A stretch of 62,957 nucleotides of DNA, filler included, from Perkinsus chesapeaki ATCC PRA-425 (taxonomy: Eukaryota > Protista > Perkinsozoa): the NCBI GenBank assembly GCA_013115145.1. It is 8 parts of 8 records of this genome, joined end to end, with 100 filler letters (N's around TTAATTAATTAA, not from the genome) between each part and the next. Parts side by side here need not be neighbours in the genome. Positions count along the whole stretch, not along the records: positions 45,548 to 53,861 come from JAAPAO010000981.1; positions 53,962 to 62,957 come from JAAPAO010000951.1; 6 more parts are not named here. One strand, 5' to 3'. Under the pieces are notes generated by a model. The model was given only the letters and a program-made list of their open reading frames with translations. It was not told the origin of the DNA and ran no database searches. This document shows positions 48,205 to 58,622 of this stretch, one piece after another; position 1 is the stretch's first letter, and every line of letters begins with the position of its first letter. The translations under genes were made by a program, and so were the position numbers.

Positions 48205-51200
48205 TTACAATCTGGTACTCTTGCCAGGTACCACCGTTGGGCTCCATTCAGCCGACACAGAATTCAACCGTCTCCTCGTCATACCGACAATTCCAATCTC
48301 ATCTTCGTTAACAGAGGCACCGCATGCATCGCTCCGCTCAGATACTGTATTTACAACCCACGGAACGTCCTCCTCCTCTTCCCCGGAGGAATCATCCGAC
48401 GTCTCATCTTGAGATTCAGAATCCATCACTGAAGCAGCACTACTGCCAGGATTAGCTCCTCCTACAAATGGACCTAAAGACCATCACCAAATCGATCACA
48501 AGGGCGCGCGCTTCGCCACCTCTATAGTCCCTGAGCATGCTGGCTTTTCGCTCCTTGTTGATATAATAAGTTGTCATGAGACCTTTGCCTTTCACTTGCA
48601 TTTGACCTCGACAGGTAAGGTCGAAGGAGTCGGCAATCTCACGGGCGGTGTCCTCGGAGCAATGGACGCGCATTTCGGTGCCATGTGATTCCATTCTGAG
48701 AGGAACTTATAAAAGTTGGACAAGGGGGCAAAAAAAGGAAAAAGGAAATTTTTCGTCCCCTTATAAAAGGGGACAAAAAATAGCATAATTTACACAGGAT
48801 TAGTTTTCACTGTCGTTACTGGTTCAGCTGGTATCCCAACAAATGTTTAGCCATTTCCTATTAGCTACTCACTTGTTCTAGTTCGATATCACGGGACAAT
48901 CAAGCTAATCGTTAGTATCATTCAAGCAAAGACATCATTCCCGCGCGCCACGAAATTGAGGTGCCGAAAGGTGGCTCACCTAGATGCTGTGTTGACACAA
49001 TCTCCCCAAACATCATAAATGAATTTCTTGCGGCCGATGACGCCAGCCACGCAGTGACCAGAATGCATACCGACACGGATACGCAAGGGGTGGCCAAGCT
49101 GATCAACTAGGTTACCATCTTCGATCTTGGACGGGTCTTGGAGGGCCTGAGAAGGAGGAGGGATGAAGAAGGTTGAGGAGTAGCAGATACTTTACAATTA
49201 CGAAAAATTGCAGTAACAATCAAGCACACTTAATAGGTCTGATGAGGTGTAGGAGATCATACTGGAAAATATTTTATGAAAGTCTCACCAAGGCGGAGGT
49301 ATTATGTCATACTGGTAGGTGAACCACAAACTAATTTTACAAGGCCAAATCCACTGAAACCGATTTTTGGAATTTTAGAGTTTAAATTTCTCGTAAACCC
49401 CAACGACTATCATTATGGGTCTTACGACGTTAGAGAGTCACTGTCGAGAGCTTTCGAACGTCGAACGTGTCGTCGAAGTATTCGCTCTACTGAGAAAACT
49501 ATTCAAAAATTCACATTTTTTTGGGACGCCAAGTCGTGAAATGATCAACAATACTAATCTGGTACTCTTTGAACCATTTTCCGCGATAGGAGTTCAAGCT
49601 ATGATTCTAATAGTAGAAATAGAAGAGAAAGTAACAAATTACAATTCCGAAGAATGACATGATAAATTACCAGATAAATCATTCGTCTGTATCAGGCAAC
49701 CATGCGCAACTGCTGGGTCGTCACGAATGTACTCAGCACTAGTAAAATAAATAAATCGAGCACAAGCGAAATTTAACGGAGCTCGACGATCTAAGCGATG
49801 ATAAATGGATAGAAATAATCAAATAAAATTTATAATAATAAATAAAATCCAGAACACTCACCTCGACCATCATCAACCCCATTCGCGCTGTTGCATGAGC
49901 GTGATACGGGTTATGTCTAGGTAGGCCAGCCGCTGCCATATACGCATCACCAATCGTTTTTATCTTCTCGAGGCCGCACTCCTCAGCAATGTCGTCAAAC
50001 AATGTAAATAATTCGTTCAAAAGTTGTACCAGCTCCTCTGGGTCCATGTTAGCGCCGATAACAGTGAAGCCTACGACGTCCGAAAAAAGAATGGAAACCC
50101 GGTCGTAAGCTTCGGCGAATCCAACAGCCATCTGGTGGCTCAATGGGGTCTCTCCATCACTCGGCATCATGTCACCGCGCTCTCTGCACTTTGCGATTTG
50201 GTCGTCTTGGATGTCCTTGAGCTGCTGGATGATGGGGATTGGCAGAACATTCATCAATAGACGCTCTGAACGGTCGGATTCGGTGGCGAGGGTCATAGAC
50301 AGGACATAGTCCTTCCGCACTAGCAGTTCAAACATATAGCGAACCGTGGACAGGACCGCGGTGGGGGCGATCATAACAGCAACGCTTCGGAGAGGCTCCA
50401 CCAGGAACGACGATGTTTCAAACGGATAGGTGCCGAGGGCGATCCAACGAGCCGAGAACATGAAGATGAGGAGGTAGATGGAGAGGTAGAGGATGTGGAT
50501 GAATCTGAGAGGGATGGGTTGAGTTGGGGCAGCTGATAGTGAGGGGGGGTTATAATATGATGTTGATGAGGCAATAAGTGGTACGGATAGAGTCAACGGC
50601 GGTGGACTTATCAACACTTAAATTTAAACAAGATAGCAGCACAACTATAATGATTCTGCCTTACTGTTCAAAAATTAATCAGATTCATTTATGAATAATA
50701 TAATATTAACAGGCTACCCTACCAAATATATCGCCAAAAAGGTCGATGAAACGGTTGATCGATATCTTATTGGCTTCGTCAAGCAAAATGAATATACCTC
50801 ATAAAATATAAATTATAATTCTGGCATCCCCAGCCGCTCTACAGCGGGAAGAAAACTAAGATTGTTGAATTTGCAAAACGAATTGTAACAGCCAGTAGTT
50901 ACATGAAAAGGAGATATGATGATGAAATCTTGCCGTTTGGCAGCGAAGTGACTCTGCGACAGAAAGGGTGTCAAAGAACAAGTGAGACTACGGCCCACTT
51001 CGTGCCCATACTCTAACCAAACTAACCACGAAATACTGAGGACCGCAACGGTAATTAATAATTAGATACCGTAATACCGGATCGATAATACCAAAGATAC
51101 CCTAATCGATGCGAAGGCCGATTCAACAAAGCCGATCATTTAATTCCGGCTAGTATGGATAAACAGAAAGCTTGAAGACTTTTAAGGGCCTTCTCAGTAA

Positions 51201-52960
51201 AACGCTCAAATTTTGGGGAATTGAATGCTTTTGATAGTTCTAATATAAAAATGTAAAACATGTTACGAAAAAAGACGGAGCGAAGCACCTCAGCTTGAAT
51301 AAAACTATCGAAAATGCCATCAAGACAGCATAGGCCAAAGCTTCTTGAAGCGGCCGGGTATAATACCGTAGTATCTAACAGAATAATTATACCATATTTC
51401 CGTCAGATCACGACTGCCTTACCAGCGGTGAAATGTACATCCATAACAACACAGCAGTGCCAGCCAGCACAGACAGGAGCAGCTGCATAGGGAAGTAGTT
51501 CTCGACGAACCACAAGGAGTCGGCGAGGAAGATCACCTCGATCTGAAATAAAATGCCCTCGCCGGGGATCGAACCTGCGACCTACCGCCAGCTTAACTAT
51601 GGCAGCGAAGAAGATGATAGAAGCCGGTTCGGTCATCATAAGCCGGACGAATGTGACGCTTGGATACCTCGGATGAAGAAGCTCGTATTGCAGCCAACAA
51701 TAAATAATAATCAAACAGGCCGTGAGAAGGAAGTACCAATAGGGATATCGCCGTGCTCTGGCCGCAAAATCAACCTAAAACATCCGTGTGGTATGCATTA
51801 AAACCCGAAACCCAAAACCCAAAACCCGAACAAGACGCTACGCCCGAACGAATGAAATGGAATGCTTCAACTTATCCTTTGCTGCTGCAGTTTTTTGTTA
51901 AAGTGTAAATAGGAACATAACGATGAGAATGTAGGATAATGTAAAACACCTCACAAAATCGATCGACCGTTTCATGACCAATTACTGGGATACGATATTT
52001 GCAATCGCCCCTCTACGGTGGCGAGGAAGAAAACTTTTTTGAGAAAAGTTACCCGAGATTGCGGTAAGATGTCTCATGTCCCTACATCCACTCACCGTAG
52101 TAAGTCCGAACACTAAGAAATGCCAAAAGATATTAACTCAGTAGGTAGCAACTGATTTCAACACCCAACGGTCCCGAGTTCTATCCCACCTGGAAGCCTT
52201 TTTCGAGCGCGGCATCGTCGGCGAACTCCAACGTCAACCAATGCGTAGGCTGCCCGAATGCCTCCCACATGGTGTCTCTTTCCAGTCGAGTGTACTGAAC
52301 CTGCCCAGACGAACTCTCAAAAATATCTTCGACGATGTTCGACCTCTCTCCAGCCCTTCGCCGATCCACTTGTCTCCGAGCCGATCAGAAACCGCAGGCG
52401 CCAAGGCAGGAATCGACGAACGAGACGATATTTCTTCTCGCTCAATATCGATAATCTAAAATGGCCTCACCAGGATTCGAACCCACGACCTTTCGCTTAC
52501 CGCAATTCGTTCGACTTGAGAGATTCTCTAACAATCCTTCTACTCCTATATTTAATGTTACCAATACTCCACCGAATTGCTGACGGGAACTGTCGCCCTG
52601 CCGCCGTTCGTGCTGCACCGTTCGTCGGTGAGTACTAAAAAAGACGACAACAAATGGCACTCGCTTTTTTATGGGCAGCTGAGTTGGAGATCATGCCCTC
52701 CCTAGAGGGTCCCCCAAAGTGGCCTCTCTAGCACAGCGTTATCGACCTAAACGATGATATTCTGAAGCGAAGAAAACGAATCGGAAAACCCAGGCGGATT
52801 TTCACTTGTCAGTAACCGTAAAAAGCCCTCCGAGAAAAGTGGTAGTCTCCTCCTTCTGGCTCCTTACCCCACCGGCGGTGATAACTGCCTGCTGCTGCTG
52901 CTGCACACTTGTTGTTGCTGATGCGGCATTCACATCTATTGCGGATGACTTGGGAATGCC
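48205..52960 (-). CDS. Membrane-type class III nucleotidyl cyclase, adenylate-specific residues; multi-exon, ends approximate
   Basis: [61 protein letters not shown]|[15 protein letters not shown]. Lys in KIKTIGD and Asp in YDVWG indicate ATP specificity. TM exon 51425-51544 and TLEFAD.ALEKGF upstream. Confidence 0.85.
51554..51610 (-). pseudogene. tRNA 3'-half-like remnant
   Basis: AGGTCGCAGGTTCGATCCCCGGCGAGGGCA followed by TTTT; no matching 5' acceptor strand. Confidence 0.45.
51801..51830. repeat. Four copies of AAACCC(G/A), telomere-like heptamer
   Basis: AAACCCG AAACCCA AAACCCA AAACCCG. Confidence 0.6.
52462..52505 (-). pseudogene. tRNA 3'-half-like remnant (Thr-like)
   Basis: GTAAGCGAAAGGTCGTGGGTTCGAATCCTGGTGAGGCCA followed by TTTT; 20/21 identical to 61421-61441. 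Confidence 0.5.
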
Positions 52961-53084
52961 TGATAACAAATGATAGTGAGGTTCAATCGGGAAGTGACAT
53001 TACGAGACCTATTCAAACGGCTTCGAAAAATTGGGATTGTCAATCAACAGACCAGATCGAGAGACCAAAGCCTGCTGCTATTGA

Positions 53085-53190
53085 CACTAAAGGGTGTTTC
53101 GAAACGTCGTAAGTGGCCTTAATCGCTCAGAAATCACTCAATACTCTTTACGACTTACTCACTCACGACGTTTCGAAACACCCTTTAGCG
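53085..53190. mobile_element. Miniature inverted-repeat element, CACTA-like
   Basis: Perfect 24-bp inverted repeats 53087-53110 and 53165-53188; ends CACTA...TAGCG; GA on both flanks. Confidence 0.55.
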
Positions 53191-53790
53191 GAGCGATAAA
53201 ATAGCATATTTTAAATAGTTTCAATTAATAGATCGAAAACCATAAATGACATAAACAACAGATTTCATAGAAGGATCAACTTTCCGCCCAAAGAAGTTGA
53301 TCAGATAGAGGGAACACCAGCAATGCCGCCTCATCGCCCTTGTCCTCCAAAGACTCAATTTCGCATCAGATTTGCCTCTAAGCAACACCGACTATCTCTG
53401 CGGGATCGAGTAGGGTTGATTATTCTATAACCAACAGACCCCCGATTCCTATATCATTATTGCGGCCCAGCCGAATTGAAGTTCATATTCCGACGATAAG
53501 CAATAAGCAGTTGGTGAGGAAGGATTCCTAACAACCACCGCAGCTGACCTTCCTCTGGCAACCACAGCTGTACCGCCGCCGATCCTTGATGGGGGACCTG
53601 GCCTCGTGCAAGCTCCTTAGGGGTCAGCTTGCCACCTGGTGACTGTGGGGCCATAACCAGAGTGGAATCATGGTGATGACGATACTGATACTCTTCAGTG
53701 TGGATGCAGGAGAATCTGAAAAAGAGCAGGAAGCGTCTAGGCTCACAGGACTGAGCATAGCGGAGATCGAGCAGTGCGAAGGAGGAGAAG

Positions 53791-53861
53791 ATATAATAGA
53801 AAGGAGTTTGATAGGAAATATGTTACTAGTGATACGGAGGAGGAGATATAATAGAAAGGAG
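53791..53861 (+). repeat. 55-bp-period repeat at contig end (same family as 45548-45620)
   Basis: ATATAATAGAAAGGAG recurs at 53791 and 53846; reverse complement matches the 45548 repeat. Confidence 0.8.
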
Positions 53862-53961
53862 NNNNNNNNNNNNNNNNNNNNNNNNNNNNNNNNNNNNNNN
53901 NNNNNTTAATTAATTAANNNNNNNNNNNNNNNNNNNNNNNNNNNNNNNNNNNNNNNNNNNN
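53862..53961. other. Artificial contig spacer
   Basis: N44-TTAATTAATTAA-N44. Confidence 0.97.
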
Positions 53962-53986
53962 ATCATTGATGTGTTGCTCTCTTGCC

Positions 53987-55045
53987 TCAATGATGTTTTG
54001 CCAACTCAATTGCTCGTTTAACAGCAAGATCAGGTCGAAGGACGCCATACAGCATTTCCACTCCCTTTGCTGTTTTAACTTTACCCACAGTAGCATTCAA
54101 TAATATTTCCTTTATCACATCTGGTTCAAATTTCTTGAAACTCTGCATTAAAGCTGCTATACCACCAACAATCGCAGCAGCACAAGAAGAGCCTTCGAGC
54201 TCCGCATACTTCCACTGTCCAACTTCATCCTTTATCTCAGCTACCACAACTTTTGTACCAGGCGCACCAAAGCTAGCCAACAGAGAGGCTTCATTCAACA
54301 ACACCTTAGGATTTGCTGTTAATGCCGCAGCAACGCACACCACACCAGGCATTTTCGCCATTGAACAGGGTAACTCAACCTCAAAAGGCCCGGTTGCAGT
54401 ATCGTTGTTTGAAGCAGTAACGACGACGAAGTTACCTTGCTTGACGGCCTTCTTGATCACCCGCTGGTACATCAAGGACATATTCTGTCCAAATAACTCG
54501 TAATGGGCGAACACTATAACATCAGAATCCTTGAACGTGTTCGCCATCTCCCATGCTCTTTCTATTTGCACTTTTTCAGCGATTCCGGTGGGAGACGTAC
54601 TCAACCTAATCGGTCGTATCTTAACTCTATCAGCTATTCCAGCAATACCAATAGAATTGTTTATCCCCGCAGCGATAATACTGGTCATCTCCGTACCATG
54701 GCCTTGCAAGTCTTCGACGGATGGCACTGAAGAACCAGAAGCATCCTTCCCTTCCAATAGTTTTCCCACGAGGTCAGGTTGCTGAGTAGCGACGCCAGTG
54801 TCGATGACAGTGACAATGGTATCTCTACGGGATAAGCCGGACTCTCGGACCGCCTTCCAGGTCTCTTGGATATGCAATGCCTTGAATAGGGGTTCCTGGT
54901 GCAAAAAGTAGGGGTCGTTGGGCGGGTATGGTAGTTGACCGAAGACCTTGCCAGCCCGAGACCCTCCAAAGGACCAAACTATACAATAGTGTAATATATA
55001 CTTCGATAGTCCCGAGAGTATTGTCATATCAGCGAGGACTGACAT
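53987..55045 (-). CDS. Subtilisin-like serine protease (S8), intronless, 352 aa
   Basis: PNDPYF, VIDTGV (D), GHGTEM (H), EGSSCAAAIV (S), hydrophobic N-terminus. Confidence 0.93.
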   Translation of the reverse strand: MSVLADMTILSGLSKYILHYCIVWSFGGSRAGKVFGQLPYPPNDPYFLHQEPLFKALHIQETWKAVRESGLSRRDTIVTVIDTGVATQQPDLVGKLLEGKDASGSSVPSVEDLQGHGTEMTSIIAAGINNSIGIAGIADRVKIRPIRLSTSPTGIAEKVQIERAWEMANTFKDSDVIVFAHYELFGQNMSLMYQRVIKKAVKQGNFVVVTASNNDTATGPFEVELPCSMAKMPGVVCVAAALTANPKVLLNEASLLASFGAPGTKVVVAEIKDEVGQWKYAELEGSSCAAAIVGGIAALMQSFKKFEPDVIKEILLNATVGKVKTAKGVEMLYGVLRPDLAVKRAIELAKHH

Positions 55046-57024
55046 TCACCAATATTTGTTAAACCTGATTGATTCTCGATAAAACGTCGCCAACGAGCCG
55101 GTTGGTGAAATTCGAGTACTACGAGACTCGTAGTACGAGTAACTACAAGTAAACTGCAAAAAAATTGATCAACAAATTTCGACGGGCCCTATGCCATGGA
55201 GAAGTACGGTGGGATCCGCGCACCTGCTTTAGCCGATTGCGACAAACCGTTGCACGGGTCGTTGGGCTAACTTGGGCCCAGCCTGGGCCGCCCAGGCACT
55301 CTGGGTCTTGCAAGGCAACGGGGGAAGGGAAAACAACCAACTTGATTGAATCAAGTATGGAATAGAGGAGCCATTTTATCGCTGCCACAGACTGAGGAGA
55401 CTGCTGGGCTAGTGTTTGCTTGTGTCGAGGCCCTTAACTAAAGGGGCATCTAAGGCCCAGCAGCACACTGCACACCGCACACGATGTCACCGTGCCTGTG
55501 GAGTCCACGGCGCGAGATTTATGTCACGACTTAGTGATGCACCGGCTGACTCATCGATCAGTTATTACGTTGAGAGTTGGGTGTCGGATCACGCGCGATA
55601 CTTGGAGGATAATGAAGAAAATGGTTTCATCCAGGAACCCTTGAGGGTCCTCGAGTAGCCGGGATAGATTCCAGTAACCGTTTCATCTCGAGTCGAGATT
55701 CTCGGCATGCAGAACTCCTTATGTTCCTGCGGGGTCGTGCTGTCTGCTCATATCCAGGTCTACTCAATCATATGAGGTCCTTGAGTAACTCAATCATTGA
55801 CTCTCAATGCGATACATTATGGGGTAGAAACCTCGCTAGGACGTTCGCACCGCGCGGCACGAATTTTCTGAACTAAATTCCGCTGGGATTCGTGGAGCAG
55901 GAGCCTCCTCGAAAATTGAGGTTGCTTCTAGGAAACTTCGTGGAACGGGCTGGATGGATCTCTGGTGAAGAGGCTTAGTTCGCTAAGATAAATTGTGCGA
56001 GAGTTATCTGATGCTAGTTCTAAAGATACTCCTAAAAATACAACAACATAAAGGACAGATCCACTTATTGCTGAAGAGACACAAATACGACACAATTCTC
56101 ATCATGATGACATCATCTTGAATTACCTCCCACCACTGCGGGAAATTTCCTCCGTCAAGGCAACCCAGATAGTTCAGGTGGATAAGCTTCTTGACAATAC
56201 TCCTACTGTTCTTCATTCCAAACTCGGCGATTCAGGCTCAGATCCACCATCCCAAATAACCAGATAATTACGGGTAGAATCCTACTGTGGGATCAGAGAG
56301 TGTTGGTCCAGTGATGGAGCGAGTTCAGGGCCATATAGAATTGATCGAGAAGTACGGGAATAGAGTCCAGAGACCTTCCCCTGGTTTGTCCTGGAAACGT
56401 AGGGGACGTTGAAGTCTTCCGCGCTCCCCACGCGGGCTACATTCTTGATTTTTTTAGTAGCACGGAGGGCATGTGTCCTAACTCCGGTGGAGCTAGTCCG
56501 CATGCGACGGAGCAGATAACCACACAGTCTCTCTCTGTCAACGAACCCAATCCGCCGTGCTTCTTAAGTTGATGGGTTAGACGTTGAGTAGAGTGGTGCC
56601 ATCACCACCAGGGTCACAAGGCCAACAGGGTCACCAGGATCACCCGCAGGATAGACTTCGATATGTATAATTGAACTGTCACAATCTGGGTTGCGCGGTC
56701 ACCCGGAGAGTCCATCCTTGGCGCTCCACACTGCCTTCACGGCAGAGAATTAAGATTTTCCGCTCTTGGCAAAGCAGGTGCCCAACATCCAGATTGTGAA
56801 AATATATTGTGCCTCCGCTACCTATGCACGCCATTCATTTTCATCTCATTGAAGAGACTGTAGATGTATCGTACATAACAGTCTCATCTACCTTGTTTTC
56901 GCGTACATCTGTGCGCGACAAAAGAGAGGAAGCGCAAAAGGCAAAGCGCCTCATTGAGACTAGGGAGCATCTTTAAACTCTCAGTCAGTCTTGTTCTCCA
57001 TCTAAGGCTTCCCTGTTATCGAAC

Positions 57025-58047
57025 ATGTCACCTGCGCGTATTCTGCTTGGATTCGTTGTCGTTGTAGTGAGAAGTCTACGTAGTATTGAGAACGACTTCC
57101 CCGTTAACGATCCTTCTTACGCTGCCCAAGCACCTTAGATGAAAGCTATGAAGGTCCCGGCTGCGTGGAAGGTTTTGTGGAACCCTCAAAGAAAAAGGGG
57201 AAAAGTTACCGTAGCTCTATGTGATTCCGGTATTTCCCGTCATCCCGACTTGGTCGGTAATCTCGTGCCTGGCTATAATGTGCTTGACCATAATACTGAA
57301 ACCACCGATAAACTTGGACATGGTACTGTGATGGCTGGTATTCTCGGTGCTACCATTAATAACAAGCTTGCTATGGCGGGTGTGTCAGATCTTGTGAACC
57401 TCATGCCAGTTGCGCTCGGCCCAGCTGCCAAGCAACAGCTGGTGCTGGATGCCTTCAATTATGTCATTCAACATCGAGCTGAGCGTAATATCAAGATCAT
57501 CTTGATGCCTATCTCGTTTGTTAATCCAGCGAAGAAGCTGGTTGATGCATAGAAAGCTGCAGATGCTGCGGGAGTTCTTATGGTCGCTAGCCCTGGCAAT
57601 GAAGGCCTTAATGTAACCCTCGATAAGCGCTATCCGTGTGCGCTCAAGGACGAGCTCCAGGGAATGATATGTGTTGGCGCGTTGGGCCAAACGAATATGA
57701 AGATTTTGGATGGAACGAATTTCGCCAATTATTTGGGCATCGCGGCTCCCGGCTCCCGGCGTATCCTCGGAACAACCAAGGACAACAGACTCACGAAAGT
57801 GTCAGGTTCTTCGGCTGCTGCAGCTTTAGTTGCTGGTGTGGCTGCTTTGCTCTACAGTATTTCTCCCGATCTAACTGCTAAAAAAGTTAAAACACTTCTT
57901 ATAGGCACTGCCACCATGGGCGTGAAGGATCCAACTGGAAGGGAAATACTTCCCTTTGGTCGCGTTGATGCCGCAAAAGCTATCTCGACTTTGATGGCAG
58001 TACAATCGGGGAAGGCTTCAACCACTATAAGTGCACCTGGTGTCTAA
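57025..58047 (+). pseudogene. Subtilisin (S8) with two in-frame TAG stops
   Basis: Single frame from ATG 57025; signal peptide, PVNDPSY, LCDSG, GHGTVMAG, SPGN, SGSSAAAA; TAG at 57136-57138 and 57550-57552. Confidence 0.85.
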
Positions 58048-58298
58048 ACAGTGTTAGAAGATTCTAATAGACCGTGTTCTTTTTGTTCGAGGTGTATCCG
58101 TTCTGTTGTAATCGCTATTTTATACCCGGCTTAAACCCAGGCACATTATATCCTTTGTTATCAACATCATTAGACATTTCTGATCAGATTGTTTGCGTTA
58201 TTTGAAGTGTCTCAATAAAGGCAACCCCGATCGACAGCGGGATACAACTCAAGCCGCATCTATAATGTTATTTCCGGTCGCTGTAACAACCTTTCTAG

Positions 58299-58380
58299 TT
58301 CGTCAGACCATCTGCTGGCTTGTCTGCATGCATTTACTAAGAAACGCAGTGTTGTACAAAATAGCACTTCATCATCCGAA
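58299..58380 (-). ncRNA. Box C/D snoRNA, paralogue of the RPS4-intronic copy
   Basis: TTCG-G-ATGATGA (C) ... GTACAACACTGC ... CCAGCAGATGGT-CTGA (D)-CGAA terminal stem. Confidence 0.85.
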
Positions 58381-58622
58381 AAATAATACAACATCATTGG
58401 GAATCATCCATACGATACCGCAGCACCTACAAGCCGCGGCTTGACCGTATTTCCGGAAGGTATTCTGGCAGTATTATGGAATGAACCCTCTACGGGAAGA
58501 GAGGCCAAAACGAGATACTGCGATGACAGTTACTTAACAAACGCAACACATTAAATTCGCAGTCTCGAAAGCTAGTTCCCGCTAAACGAGTGATGACTTC
58601 TTGATCGCTGCCGCATCAACAT

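Noticed and set aside
57136-57552. Nuclear stop-codon reassignment (TAG)
   Set aside because: TAG, TAA and TGA all end intact genes here, and long ORFs are otherwise free of internal stops
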